From Polyangiales bacterium (GTDB taxonomy: Bacteria > Myxococcota_A > Polyangia > Polyangiales > CBDCBC01): a DNA stretch of 64,000 nucleotides. The position numbers and the translations under genes were made by a program. The notes under the pieces were generated by a model. It did no database searches. It saw only the letters and a program-made list of their open reading frames with translations, and was not told the origin of the DNA. Positions 51,929 to 62,066 of this stretch are shown piece by piece; position 1 is the stretch's first letter, and every line of letters begins with the position of its first letter. The stretch lies in the NCBI GenBank assembly GCA_965214225.1, contig OZ243942.1:2583779-2647778 (forward strand), written 5' to 3'.

Positions 51929-54175
51929 TCAGAGCGGTTGCAGGTAAGAGACCACAATGCGCTTGACTCCTGACGCTCCGAAATCAACTGTGGCTCGAGG
52001 GGGCGCGCCATCTTCGACGGAACGAATGACACCTTCGCCAAAGCTCGGATGCTGCACGCGCATGCCGCTATAGGCGCTCTGTCCATCGTGTGTAGGCTCG
52101 ACGTAGGACTCAGAAGAGCTGCTTCTATGCGATCCCTGCGGAGGTGGCCGCGGCGTTGGCATACGCGGTGACTGCACCAGTTCCACCTCAGTGATGTCGC
52201 TCGGTGGGATATTGTTTAGGAAGCGCGAAGGGTGTTCCACACGAAGTTTCCCGAACAGCCGTCGGCTAACGGCATACGTCAGAACGAGATGTTCCTTAGC
52301 GCGCGTCAGCGCCACGTAGGCTAGACGTCGCTCTTCTTCCAGCTCTTCAGGATCGTCGAAGACTTCGGTGCCCTTGTAAGGGAAGAGTCGCTCCTCCATG
52401 CCGCTTACGAAGACGACGGGAAACTCCAGCCCCTTCGCCGCGTGCACCGTCATCAGCGAAATGCGTTCCTCCACGTTGCTAAGCTCATCTTCTTTCGTCG
52501 AAAGCGTCACATTCTCGAGAAAGTCGGAAAGGCTTGTATTGGCGTTTTCCTTTTCAAAATCGCCGATAGAGCCCAGCAACTCTTGCAAGTTTTGCAGCCG
52601 CGCGTCGGCCTCCACGGAATCCTCCTGCTCTAGCATGGCGGAGTATCCGCTTTGCCGAAGTACATGCTCGGCTAGCTCGGACGGACCTTTAATTGCTGCT
52701 TCTTTGCGGAGGTCCTCCAGCATCTTTTTGAACTGAAGAAGCTTATTCTTAGTGCCGCCTGTAAGCTCAGTGAGCTGCTTTACATCCGCCAAAACGTCCC
52801 ATACGCCAGTTCCCCGTGCCGCAGCATGAGAGAGCAGCCGCTCGATCGTTTTTGCGCCGATGCCTCGCGTGGGGGTGTTGATGATGCGCAGCAAGCTGAC
52901 GTCGTCGTTGCTGTTGGTGATCGCGCGAAGGTAGGCCAGCAGGTCTTTGATCTCGGCGCGGTCGTAAAAGCGTGTTCCGCCCACTATTCGGTAGGGGACA
53001 TTGCCAGACCGCAACGCTTCTTCCAGCACACGCGACTGCGCATGTATCCGGTAGAACACGGCGATATCGCTCAGCGGATATTCATCGGATAACTGACGCA
53101 CGCCACGCACAAGGGCCATCGCTTCGTGCCGCTCATCTTGACAACGCACGACCGCAACAGGCGATCCCTCTTCGTTTTGCGTCCAAAGTTTCTTCTCCTC
53201 GCGTCCAACGTTGTGGGAGATAATGGCGTGCGCTGCTCGCAAGATCCGTTGGCTGGAGCGGTAGTTCTGCTCAAGCTTGACGACCCGCGCTTCTGGAAAA
53301 TAGTTTTGAAACAGCAGAATGTTGCGTCGATCGGCGCCACGCCAACGGTAAATGCTTTGGTCGTCATCGCCGACCACGCATAGGTTGCGGTGGCGCTCAA
53401 CCAGTAGCTCTACAAACTTGAGCTGCACTTGGTTGGTATCTTGGAACTCATCCACCAAGACGTAGTTGAAGCGTTGTGTCACTTCTTGTCGAAACGCCTC
53501 GTGCTGCTGAGCAGCCTTAACCACCCGGTAGATCAGCTCGTCAAAATCAAGGGCGCCAGCTTGCGCGAGCATACGCTGGTAGTGGGAGTAGATCCGCCGA
53601 ACCAGTTCGCTCTGTGCATCCTCAACTGGCATGTCATCAGGCTCGATGAGCTCTTGCCTGGCTCGGTTGATCTTCCCGGCGACCACCTTCACCGGTAGGC
53701 GCCGCTCGCTGATGTTCAGATCTCTTTGGATACGCGTGATAAGTGCACGCTGATCGGCGTCGTCGTAGATAACGAAGCGCGGCGACAGACCCGCAGCCGC
53801 TGCATGAATACGGAGGAGCTTCGCGCACGTCGCGTGGAAGGTTCCGATCCAAACATCCCGTGCTTCCTCTCCAAGCTGGCAGCCTAGCCGCTCACGCATC
53901 TCCTGGGCCGCCTTGTTGGTGAAGGTGACAGCAAGGATGCGGTAGGGAGGTGCGTGCCCTCCGCGGACTATCTGCGCCACCCGGTGCGTTATCACACGTG
54001 TTTTGCCGCTTCCTGCGCCGGCGTACACGACCAGCGGACCACGGATGTGCTGAACGGCCGCTGCTTGCTCCGCGTTTAAGTTGGCGGTTTCCATCAGCAC
54101 CCGAGTCTCCTCTTCGCGTGGACGTGTCGCTCCCGCAGTGGGAGAGAGAGCTAGCTGCGACGCTATGGGAGGCAT
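51929..54175 (-). CDS. UvrD/PcrA/Rep-family SF1 DNA helicase
   Basis: 748-aa ORF with the Walker A motif AGAGSGKT, plus VDEFQDTN, motif VI VALTRAK and a C-terminal Tudor-like tail. An alternative start is ATG 54094 (METANLNAEQ). Confidence 0.9.
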   Translation of the reverse strand: MPPIASQLALSPTAGATRPREEETRVLMETANLNAEQAAAVQHIRGPLVVYAGAGSGKTRVITHRVAQIVRGGHAPPYRILAVTFTNKAAQEMRERLGCQLGEEARDVWIGTFHATCAKLLRIHAAAAGLSPRFVIYDDADQRALITRIQRDLNISERRLPVKVVAGKINRARQELIEPDDMPVEDAQSELVRRIYSHYQRMLAQAGALDFDELIYRVVKAAQQHEAFRQEVTQRFNYVLVDEFQDTNQVQLKFVELLVERHRNLCVVGDDDQSIYRWRGADRRNILLFQNYFPEARVVKLEQNYRSSQRILRAAHAIISHNVGREEKKLWTQNEEGSPVAVVRCQDERHEAMALVRGVRQLSDEYPLSDIAVFYRIHAQSRVLEEALRSGNVPYRIVGGTRFYDRAEIKDLLAYLRAITNSNDDVSLLRIINTPTRGIGAKTIERLLSHAAARGTGVWDVLADVKQLTELTGGTKNKLLQFKKMLEDLRKEAAIKGPSELAEHVLRQSGYSAMLEQEDSVEADARLQNLQELLGSIGDFEKENANTSLSDFLENVTLSTKEDELSNVEERISLMTVHAAKGLEFPVVFVSGMEERLFPYKGTEVFDDPEELEEERRLAYVALTRAKEHLVLTYAVSRRLFGKLRVEHPSRFLNNIPPSDITEVELVQSPRMPTPRPPPQGSHRSSSSESYVEPTHDGQSAYSGMRVQHPSFGEGVIRSVEDGAPPRATVDFGASGVKRIVVSYLQPL

Positions 54176-54321
54176 GTCCCTAGGGTACCCGCCACGCCGC
54201 TCCGGGCAAGGCCGGTCGTCCTGTAAGGCGGCTGCTCGCTGACTGCAGGTCCCACTGGACGCGGTGGCGCCGTCGCGTTACTGTTTGCCGTTGCTCGAAC
54301 CCATCTCGCAAGCGCTTGCTT

Positions 54322-54350
54322 TGAACTTTGTGCGCGGCACGGGTGTCTGG
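54322..54350 (+). promoter_or_regulatory. Candidate autoregulated ECF (sigma-E-type) promoter
   Basis: TGAACTT-N16-GTCTGG compares with the GGAACTT-N16-GTCTAA consensus. It ends 84 nt upstream of the ECF sigma gene. Confidence 0.35.
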
Positions 54351-54433
54351 GAGAAGAGTTTCAAAACAGCTTCGGTGCGGGAAAGGGATGCGCATCGGCG
54401 TATTTTACACCGACCTTCGGCGGAACAAAGCTT

Positions 54434-55108
54434 GTGGTGAATCAACCTGGTGTCGTGTCGTCTAAGCTTGATGACCGTGTGGAAGACTCAGCGTCACCCC
54501 CTGATTCCGTTATCATCGAGCAAGCGAAAGCCGGTGACCAACAGGCATTCCGCCTGCTTTTCGACCGATACCACCGCCGCGCCTTCGCGGTGGCGGTCGG
54601 TGTGGTCAAGAACCGTCATGACGCTACAGACATCGTTCAGGAAGCGTTTGTCAAAGTTCACAGGAACCTGCATGGCTTCGCTGGCAGTTCAAGTTTTTAT
54701 ACCTGGTTTTACCGAATATTGATGAATTTAGCGATCGACCATATCCGCAAGCAGCGCACCAGAAGAAGGTTTGATTTCGACGAGAAAGCGCCGCCGGCTC
54801 ATGCGACTGAGTTGCCATGCACACCGACCCATGTTGGCCATGCCCCTGACCATCGCGCGGAGCGGCGTGAGCTGTCAGCTCAGCTGACAAGGGCGCTCGG
54901 CGAGATCCCCTCGCACCACCGATCGGTGATCCTCTTGCGCGAGGTGGAGGGTCTAAGCTACGCGGAGATCGCCGAGGTGCTTGATGTCCCCAAAGGCACG
55001 GTGATGAGCCGGCTCTTTCACGCGCGAAAGCGTCTTCAGCTTCTTCTTGAGCCTTACCTCCTGCACGGAGATGACAACGCAACGCGCCAGGTGGAGGTGG
55101 GGCCATGA
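54434..55108 (+). CDS. ECF sigma factor (RpoE-like)
   Basis: 224-aa ORF with a GTG start. Region 2 is AFRLLFDRYHRRAFAVAVGVVKNRHDATDIVQEAFVKV ... FYTWFYRILMNLAIDHIR. Region 4 is LSYAEIAEVLDVPKGTVMSRLFHARKRL. Confidence 0.9.
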   Translation: MVNQPGVVSSKLDDRVEDSASPPDSVIIEQAKAGDQQAFRLLFDRYHRRAFAVAVGVVKNRHDATDIVQEAFVKVHRNLHGFAGSSSFYTWFYRILMNLAIDHIRKQRTRRRFDFDEKAPPAHATELPCTPTHVGHAPDHRAERRELSAQLTRALGEIPSHHRSVILLREVEGLSYAEIAEVLDVPKGTVMSRLFHARKRLQLLLEPYLLHGDDNATRQVEVGP

Positions 55109-55710
55109 ATCAGGTGAGTGAGCGAGAGGAAATGCTGAACCGGCATTTCGACGCCGAGCTTGATCCAGCAGAAGAAGCGGCATTCGTGCAAGAGCTGAGC
55201 GTGCAAGAGCGACGGACGCTTCAGACGTGGACGACACTCCGTGAGGAGCTGCAGCAACTCGCAACTCGCGATGCAGAAGAACTTAACTCGGATGAGCTGC
55301 ACGGTCGAATTATGGTCGCCGCATCGAAGGAGACGGGGTCGCAGAGACTTTCAGCCTCCGTTCATCAGCTGAAGATGCAGAGGAACAAGGGCTTGCGTGC
55401 ACTCTCGTGGGGTGCTCCTGTGCTGTTAGCGGCAGCAGCCGTGCTACTGGCGGTCATCCTCAGTGACAACATCCCCAGTGACAACATTTTCAGTGAGAAC
55501 GGGCAAGGGGGGGCGCACGTCGCGCGTGTTGATCTCGCGTCACCGGATGTCGCCTCTGAGGTGCTTGAGGTAGACTTCGGCGATGAATCAGGAGCGGTGT
55601 TATCCGTGTCTACCGAGCGTGGGGTTGAAGTTGCAGTGGTTTGGCTCGATGACGCAACTGACGATGAAGATCAAACGAGTTCGGACGGAGTATCAGATGA
55701 CCAGTTGTGA
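55105..55710 (+). CDS. Single-pass anti-sigma factor (RseA-like organisation)
   Basis: 4-nt overlap with the sigma gene. N-terminus is LNRHFDAELDPAEEAAF. One TM helix (APVLLAAAAVLLAVIL) and an acidic C-terminus. Confidence 0.6.
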   Translation: MNQVSEREEMLNRHFDAELDPAEEAAFVQELSVQERRTLQTWTTLREELQQLATRDAEELNSDELHGRIMVAASKETGSQRLSASVHQLKMQRNKGLRALSWGAPVLLAAAAVLLAVILSDNIPSDNIFSENGQGGAHVARVDLASPDVASEVLEVDFGDESGAVLSVSTERGVEVAVVWLDDATDDEDQTSSDGVSDDQL

Positions 55711-56278
55711 GAAACGCCTGAGGTATACTAGGCGCAAGATGTCGGCTGTTGCTGTATCGGCTGCTGTTGGGGCCTGCATCGCAGCCGCTTTGCCGCCACC
55801 AGTAGCTCGTGCTGAGACTTCGGCTGCAGTTGAGGGTGAGGTTCTGCAGATTTTTGCAGCAGAGGAAGCAGGCGTGGTGGACAAGGAGCTTGCCAAGATT
55901 CCGGCACTCAAGCGCATGCCGTTCAAGGCGTTTGGCACCATGCGTGTGCTTGAGCGCAAGCGCGTTGCTTTGCGGAAGGGCCAAGTAGCCGCGCTGACTT
56001 TAAAGAACGGTCGACGCCTCGCCCTTACATCCAGAGGCAAGTCAGGCACACGCCATGCGTTCAAGATTCACCTCAGCTCGGATAATAACTCGAAGGGCAA
56101 GGGTTTGGGCAAGGGTGTGACAGTCGAGGCAAAGGCGCAGAGCGGGGAGTACGTCTTTCTCGCCGGCCACTCGGTCACGGCACCCGCTGAGCGCGCAGAT
56201 TCGAAGGAACAGCAGCGTTCAAGAAAGAAGGGGACCCTGATCCTCGGCATTCGCGTGATGAGCGACGCGAAGCAATAG
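55697..56278 (+). CDS. Secreted hypothetical protein, third gene of the ECF operon
   Basis: Start moved to ATG 55697 (alternative 55739). The signal peptide is AVAVSAAVGACIAAALPPPVARA. No recognised family. Confidence 0.5.
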   Translation: MTSCEKRLRYTRRKMSAVAVSAAVGACIAAALPPPVARAETSAAVEGEVLQIFAAEEAGVVDKELAKIPALKRMPFKAFGTMRVLERKRVALRKGQVAALTLKNGRRLALTSRGKSGTRHAFKIHLSSDNNSKGKGLGKGVTVEAKAQSGEYVFLAGHSVTAPAERADSKEQQRSRKKGTLILGIRVMSDAKQ

Positions 56279-56285
56279 GCGCATT

Positions 56286-56987
56286 GTGCGACGCGATGAT
56301 CCCGATGCCATGCTGCTCGCTACCGGAGCGGTGGCTTCGCACCATCGGCACCTCAATGCCGATAAACTCATCGAGCTGCTGAGGCCTCGGGTGACTGAGA
56401 AGCGTTGGCAACGGATGTGCCGCGTAGCGCAGGCGAGGGTCACGAGTGTGCACGTGGTGTTGGATTGTCTTTCGGACCCTCACAACGTGGCTGCGGTTTT
56501 GCGGAGCTGCGACGCATTCGGCGTGCAAAACGTGCATCTTGTCCGGAGTGAACATCCCTACAAGATCGCCAAAAGTGTGGCCCGCAAATCGGAGCAGTGG
56601 CTCACTCTCCAGCTGCACGATGACATGCGAACATGCCAAACCAGGCTGCGGGAAGAGAAGCTTGACCTTTACGTAGCCACTATAGATGGCGAGCTGTCGG
56701 TAGACGAGTTGCGCAGGATCCCGCGCGTGGCAGTCGCGTTGGGGCACGAGCGGCGGGGTCCTTCATCTGAGCTTTTAGCGGGAGCTGCGGGAACATTCCG
56801 CATCCCGATGGAGGGCTTCGTCGAAAGCCTAAACGTGTCGGTCGCCGCCGCTGTGGCACTTTATGCACTGACCCAAGGTCGCCATGGCACGTCATCAGAG
56901 GCCGATGTGAAGCGTATACTCGCGCAGTTCCTGTCACAGTCTCTTCCGCCTGCAGCATCTGCGCCTGCTCCAGAGCTGCCCTCTTAG
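56286..56987 (+). CDS. SpoU/TrmH-family RNA 2'-O-methyltransferase
   Basis: 233-aa ORF with motifs DPHNVAAVLRSCDAFGV, ALGHERRGPS and IPMEGFVESLNVSVAAAVALY. Confidence 0.85.
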   Translation: MRRDDPDAMLLATGAVASHHRHLNADKLIELLRPRVTEKRWQRMCRVAQARVTSVHVVLDCLSDPHNVAAVLRSCDAFGVQNVHLVRSEHPYKIAKSVARKSEQWLTLQLHDDMRTCQTRLREEKLDLYVATIDGELSVDELRRIPRVAVALGHERRGPSSELLAGAAGTFRIPMEGFVESLNVSVAAAVALYALTQGRHGTSSEADVKRILAQFLSQSLPPAASAPAPELPS

Positions 56988-57099
56988 GAGGGTGCACGAT
57001 CAGATTGAGAAGAGGGTGCATATGGGTGGGTTTTTGCGGGGTCGTCATTGCGGGCCTTCAGGTACAGCGCAGGAGATTAGATTGAGCTAAGGTGGCGCG

Positions 57100-59469
57100 A
57101 TGGACCGCAGCTACGACCCATTCCGCGAGAGGGCGCGTTCAGGCTTCGGAATCTGGTTTAGGCGCATTCTCTGGGGCGGGCTAGCCGCAAGTGCGGCAGG
57201 TCTCTTACTGGTCGCTGCCCTGTTTTGGCACTATAGCCGCGGTCTTCCCACGGTTGAGTCACTCAAGGACTTTCGTCCCCGACAGACGATCAAGATTCTG
57301 GATCGCCAATTGCGGCTGCTAGCGCAGCTATCGCCGGAGCGTCGTACGGTGGTGCCGCTGAGCAAAATACCGCGGGTCATGGTGCTCTCGGTCTTGGCCG
57401 CTGAAGACGCCGATTTCTACCAGCACCTCGGGCTCGATTATCCCGGCATCCTGCGCGCGGTTTACAAAACGCTGTTTGCGCGGAGCTCGGTGCAGGGAGC
57501 GAGTACCATCACGCAGCAGGTGGTGAAGAACCTTCTACTTACGCCGGAACGAAAGCTTTCAAGGAAAGTCCGCGAACTCATCTTGGCTCGGCGACTTGAG
57601 CAGCAACTTACCAAAGACGAGATCCTGCATCTCTACTTGAACCTAATAAACTTTGGGCACGGGCGCTATGGAGTCGAGGAAGCCAGTTTGCTCTACTTTG
57701 ATAAGCACGTGGAAGAGCTGACCCTAGGTGAGGCGGCCGCGTTAGCGGGCATACCTAAAGCCCCTGCGCGCCTCTCTCCGCTTACCCATCCGGTTGCTGC
57801 CAAGCGCCGGCAGTCGTTTGTTTTGCGTCAGCTTGCAAGGAAGAGAGCGCAGTACTGGCCTGACCTTGCGCTGGAAGACATTGAGAAAGCCGAGTCCGTT
57901 CCTCTCAAAACGGTGGAGTCAAGGGGGACTAACGTGGTGGCGCCGGATGTCCTCGGATTGGTGCGGTCTGAGCTGAAGCGTCATGTCGGCGCTGAAGCAG
58001 TCAAGCGAGGCGGGTACACGGTGTATACCTCGATCGACCTGGAGGCCCAACAGCACGCGCGCGAGGCGCTTCAGCGAGGTTTAGAGGCCTACGACCGGCG
58101 CCACAAGCTCATCGGGCGGCTGCACTCTCCAAGTGGGGGGAAGCGGCGCGGTCGTGGAGGTGAACTCCAGACGCAGCGCCTTTACCGTGGCGTGATCACC
58201 GAGGTTGAGGAGGACCGACTCACGGTAGATGTTTCTGGCCAATCGGTGTTCGCGTCGCTGCAGCCCTTGACGCGCTACAACACGCGGCGTCTACCCGCCT
58301 CGACTTTCGCGCGCAAGGGTGCGGAAGTGCAGGTGGTTGCGGAGCAGCCGATTGAGAGAGGCTACCTGGGGCACGTGGTGGTGGGTCCAGAAGGCGCCGT
58401 GGTGGTCTTGGATCCTGACACGCGCGAAGTCGTCGCCCTGGTCGGCGGCTATCAGCGCATCGCCGGTTTCAACCGGGCATGGGACGCGCTTCGGCAGCCG
58501 GGCAGCGCTTTCAAGCCGGTTGTTTACGCGAAAGCCATTGCCAAGGGGCGTTACACACCTGCGTCGATCGCCATCGATGCGCCCGAAGTCTACGAGAACT
58601 GGAAGCCAAAGAACTACCAGAAGACGGAGTACAAAGGTGCGGTGAGGCTAAGGCAGGCCCTGGCCCAATCGATCAATACCGTGGCAGTGCGCCTCATGGA
58701 AGAACTCACGCCGCAAGAAGTAGCGCACTTCGCGCACAGCTTGGGAATACAGTCCGAACTGCAGCCGACGCTCTCGCTTGCGCTTGGTGCCTCTGAGGTG
58801 CGCGTGGTGGAGCTGACTAACGCCTACGCAACGTTTCTCGCAGGCGGCGTGCACCTTCCCTTCACACTCATTCGTCGCATCACCACGCATTCTGGGCGTG
58901 ATGTCTACACACGACCGCCAGCGACCACCACCCAGGTCATGGGCGAGGCCGAAGCGTATGTGATGACCGACCTATTGCGGGGGGTTGTGGAGGAGGGTAC
59001 GGCCAAGGCCGCTCTTCGATTGAAGGTGCCCGCAGCAGGAAAAACAGGCACAAGCAACGACGCGCGAGACGCGTGGTTTGTAGGCTTCACTCCTGCCTGG
59101 GTTGCGGGAGTTTGGGTAGGATACGACCAACGTCAGCCGTTGGGGCAAGGTGAGGGCGGAAGTAAGACAGCACTTCCGATCTGGGTGGACCTTATGGAAC
59201 GCCTTCCTACCGAAGGCCGCGCGGCCTTTTCTGTGCCTGATGGCGTGGTTCACGCCCAGATTGACCCAGAGACGGGTTTGCTAGCTTACGCGGATATGCC
59301 GGGTGCGATTGATGAAGTGTTCGTGGAGGGAACAGTACCCACCGAGGTGGTGGATCCTCCCGGCATGGTCGGAGCCGATGAGTTTCTGATGCAAGAGCTT
59401 GCGGGCGACGGAGCTGTAGAAGCTTCCCCACCGCGGCCGCCTCCTCAGGTGCAGCAGGAGGTCCCCTAA
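57100..59469 (+). CDS. Class A penicillin-binding protein (PBP1A-type transglycosylase/transpeptidase)
   Basis: 789-aa ORF with GT51 motifs (EDADFYQHLG, GASTITQQ, RKVRE) and transpeptidase motifs (SAFKP, SIN, KTGT). Confidence 0.9.
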   Translation: MDRSYDPFRERARSGFGIWFRRILWGGLAASAAGLLLVAALFWHYSRGLPTVESLKDFRPRQTIKILDRQLRLLAQLSPERRTVVPLSKIPRVMVLSVLAAEDADFYQHLGLDYPGILRAVYKTLFARSSVQGASTITQQVVKNLLLTPERKLSRKVRELILARRLEQQLTKDEILHLYLNLINFGHGRYGVEEASLLYFDKHVEELTLGEAAALAGIPKAPARLSPLTHPVAAKRRQSFVLRQLARKRAQYWPDLALEDIEKAESVPLKTVESRGTNVVAPDVLGLVRSELKRHVGAEAVKRGGYTVYTSIDLEAQQHAREALQRGLEAYDRRHKLIGRLHSPSGGKRRGRGGELQTQRLYRGVITEVEEDRLTVDVSGQSVFASLQPLTRYNTRRLPASTFARKGAEVQVVAEQPIERGYLGHVVVGPEGAVVVLDPDTREVVALVGGYQRIAGFNRAWDALRQPGSAFKPVVYAKAIAKGRYTPASIAIDAPEVYENWKPKNYQKTEYKGAVRLRQALAQSINTVAVRLMEELTPQEVAHFAHSLGIQSELQPTLSLALGASEVRVVELTNAYATFLAGGVHLPFTLIRRITTHSGRDVYTRPPATTTQVMGEAEAYVMTDLLRGVVEEGTAKAALRLKVPAAGKTGTSNDARDAWFVGFTPAWVAGVWVGYDQRQPLGQGEGGSKTALPIWVDLMERLPTEGRAAFSVPDGVVHAQIDPETGLLAYADMPGAIDEVFVEGTVPTEVVDPPGMVGADEFLMQELAGDGAVEASPPRPPPQVQQEVP

Positions 59470-59551
59470 CGGGCGCCCGCCCGTCTGACATAGCGGACGG
59501 CTAGCGCAAAGATAGCCGAAGAGGACGCGTGCGGTCCATCCTAGCGCTTGC

Positions 59552-60364
59552 TCACGAAAATGCGGTGTCGAGAGCCATCATAAGCGCGAAACCCAGCATC
59601 GCTCCGAGGGTGGCGAAGTCGGTCTCGCCGTGGCGTTGAGCCTCCGGAATCAACTCCTCAACGACTACAAATATCATCGCGCCCGCCGCAAATCCCAGCG
59701 AGTAGGGAAGGATCGCGCGTGACTGGAGCACGACAGCCGCGCCGAGCACGGCTGCGATCGGTTCAACGATGCCGGAGAGCTGTCCGTACCAGAAACTCCG
59801 CCAGCGTGATAATCCCTCCCGGCGAAGCGGCATCGAGACGGCCGAGGCTTCGGGAACATTCTGGATCCCCATGCCGATAGTCAAGGTCACGGCACCGGCG
59901 AGTGTGGCCGAAGGAAGACCGGTTGCTGCGGCACCAAAGGCAACACCCACTGCCAGGCCTTCAGGAATGTTGTGCAACGTGATGGCCAGTACAAGAAGCG
60001 TGGTACGTCTCCATGAGGTGCTCACCCCCTCCGCGTTCTGCATCGGCGCCCCGATGTGTAGATGCGGAAGAAGCTTATCAACTCCCCAGAGGGAAGCGCC
60101 TCCTAGCAGAAAACCCACCGTGGCCGGAAACCAGCGAGGCAGAGCTCCACCCTCCGACATGGCTATCGCCGGCGCCAGCAGCGACCAGTAGCTCGCCGCT
60201 ATCATCACCCCTGCAGCAAAGCCGAGCAGGGCGTCTAACATCCGCTTACTAAGGTCGTAGGTCAGAAAGACGACCGCAGCACCAAGCCCCGTCATGCCCC
60301 ACGTGAAGAGGCCAGCCAGAAGCGCTTGCATGACAGGACCGAAGTTTGATAGCGACTGCAGCAT
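59552..60364 (-). CDS. ZIP-family divalent metal transporter (ZupT-like)
   Basis: Start moved to ATG 60364 ([11 protein letters not shown]). It is polytopic and carries the [10 protein letters not shown] motif. Confidence 0.85.
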   Translation of the reverse strand: MLQSLSNFGPVMQALLAGLFTWGMTGLGAAVVFLTYDLSKRMLDALLGFAAGVMIAASYWSLLAPAIAMSEGGALPRWFPATVGFLLGGASLWGVDKLLPHLHIGAPMQNAEGVSTSWRRTTLLVLAITLHNIPEGLAVGVAFGAAATGLPSATLAGAVTLTIGMGIQNVPEASAVSMPLRREGLSRWRSFWYGQLSGIVEPIAAVLGAAVVLQSRAILPYSLGFAAGAMIFVVVEELIPEAQRHGETDFATLGAMLGFALMMALDTAFS

Positions 60365-60716
60365 GAGAGACCACCCACGCGGGGCATAGCGCGAGTTGGC
60401 CAACTTTCCACTGCTACATGCTGCGGATGGCTTGACGGAGGCTTGTAGGGATCGGTTGCCGTAGGTGCCACCCTTGAAGTTGCAGTTGTTCTTCGGCGCG
60501 GCGCAGAGAGTGCCGAAGATGCCCAACGAGCCACGCAGGCGCCGTCACAACTGCGCAGGCAATGAGGCGATGCACCCATAGTTCGAATGGAGCTAGCTCT
60601 GGTATGGCGCACTAGGAGCCAGTGCGTGCTTTTGCTCCTGAACTCGGGGGAGCAGAACCGTAGAGGGCGCTACGCTCAGACGTTGCTCGGTGAGGAATGG
60701 ATGGTAGACTACATCC

Positions 60717-61712
60717 ATGAAACAAATTCTCATGAGGACCCAGATGTACACGAGCAGTCGGATTAACTCGGCCCGGAGTAGTAGGGCGTATCTTGCACGC
60801 GTTGTCGTCATTGCGGCCGCGTCTGCGGTTGCCGCCGGGTGCGGCGGTGACAGCTCATCTCCAGAGCCTGAAGGTGGTGGTTCGGGTACCGGCGGATTCG
60901 GCAGCCCAGCCGGAAGCTTCAACAGCGGTGCTGGGGGCTCAGGCGCCGCAGAGGAAGTCACATCGGTGTTCAACCAGCGGTTGATCAGTCAAGATGGCGA
61001 GACGTACTACGCGAGGAACTGCGACGTGTTGGCAGATGGGAGCCTTGAGTCGGGCTGCGGCTACAGCGGCGGCGCCCTCGTCTCCGGCCTGGAGCTTACC
61101 GCATCGGGTGGGGGAAATGTGGCATCAATTCGGGGCGGCTACGCATACACCGTCCGCACGGGAGACGGCACGCTCAAGTTTTTCCAACGCCTCATCGATG
61201 GCGACGGGACGGGCTACTTCTCGCGAGACTGCACTCTAAACAGTGACTTTTCGCTAGATGGCGATTGTCCTTTTAGCGGACGCAGGGACATCAGTGGCCT
61301 GGTGGAGAACGTCGTTCAAGACGGTTACGCCTACACGCACACCGACGCCGAGGGAACCACCTTCCTACATCAGCGTATGATTGCGGATGACGGAATGGGC
61401 ATCTATTCGCGCGACTGCAAGCTGACGGACGATGGAAGTATCGACGGTGCGTGTCCCTTCAGCGGCGCACGGCCCACCGGCATATCCGAGGCAGTGGGTG
61501 GTGGTTATGCCTTCACATATGTGGATGCCGAGGGAACAACACAACTCTTGCAGCGCTACTTCACCAAGGATGGGACGGGCTACTTTGCCCGAGACTGCGC
61601 CCTGCAGGACGATGGCTCCCTGGAAACTCCGTGTGAGTTTGGCGACGCGAATGCCACATCGGGCCTTCAGATCTCTGGCGTAACGGCCATCCGGAGTGGT
61701 TACGCTTACTAG
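60717..61712 (+). CDS. Lipoprotein with four ~55-aa Cys-pair repeats
   Basis: Lipobox is SAVAAGCGG. The unit is repeated four times: F.QR.I..DG.GY(Y/F)(A/S)R(N/D)C.L..D.S....C.(F/Y)(S/G) ... GYA(Y/F)T. Confidence 0.7.
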   Translation: MKQILMRTQMYTSSRINSARSSRAYLARVVVIAAASAVAAGCGGDSSSPEPEGGGSGTGGFGSPAGSFNSGAGGSGAAEEVTSVFNQRLISQDGETYYARNCDVLADGSLESGCGYSGGALVSGLELTASGGGNVASIRGGYAYTVRTGDGTLKFFQRLIDGDGTGYFSRDCTLNSDFSLDGDCPFSGRRDISGLVENVVQDGYAYTHTDAEGTTFLHQRMIADDGMGIYSRDCKLTDDGSIDGACPFSGARPTGISEAVGGGYAFTYVDAEGTTQLLQRYFTKDGTGYFARDCALQDDGSLETPCEFGDANATSGLQISGVTAIRSGYAY

Positions 61713-61940
61713 GGGTGACGTCCCTCAAGAAAGGTAAGCGGTATGCCCGGGTACCAGCGTTACGCAGGGCGGGTACCAGCATTACGCAGGGCGGTATCGC
61801 GCGATGTGCGGATAAGTCCAGGTAGCAGGGGAGGCGACTTGTCGCTGACTCTGCTTCCGACGTAAGCATTCAGGTACCCTTCGGGCAGTAGAAAACCCCC
61901 GGGATCGCAGGAATGAAATGATGAGAACTCCGTCTCAAAG

Positions 61941-62066
61941 CTCTCCCTGCTCCGCTCTCCCTGCTCCGCTCTCCCTGCTCCGCTCTCCCTGCTCCGCTCT
62001 CCCTGCTCCGCTCTCCCTGCTCCGCTCTCCCTGCTCCGCTCTCCCTGCTCCGCTCTCCCTGCTCCG
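61941..62066. repeat. 14-bp tandem array x9 (CTCTCCCTGCTCCG)
   Basis: Nine perfect units (126 bp) in the convergent intergenic region. Confidence 0.95.

Noticed and set aside
51610-52086. N-terminal 159 codons of track ORF 50881..52086.
   Set aside because: The upstream part overlaps the 3' end of the helicase gene in another frame and has an unconvincing composition. The start was provisionally moved to 51609. An alternative start at ATG 51732 cannot be excluded.
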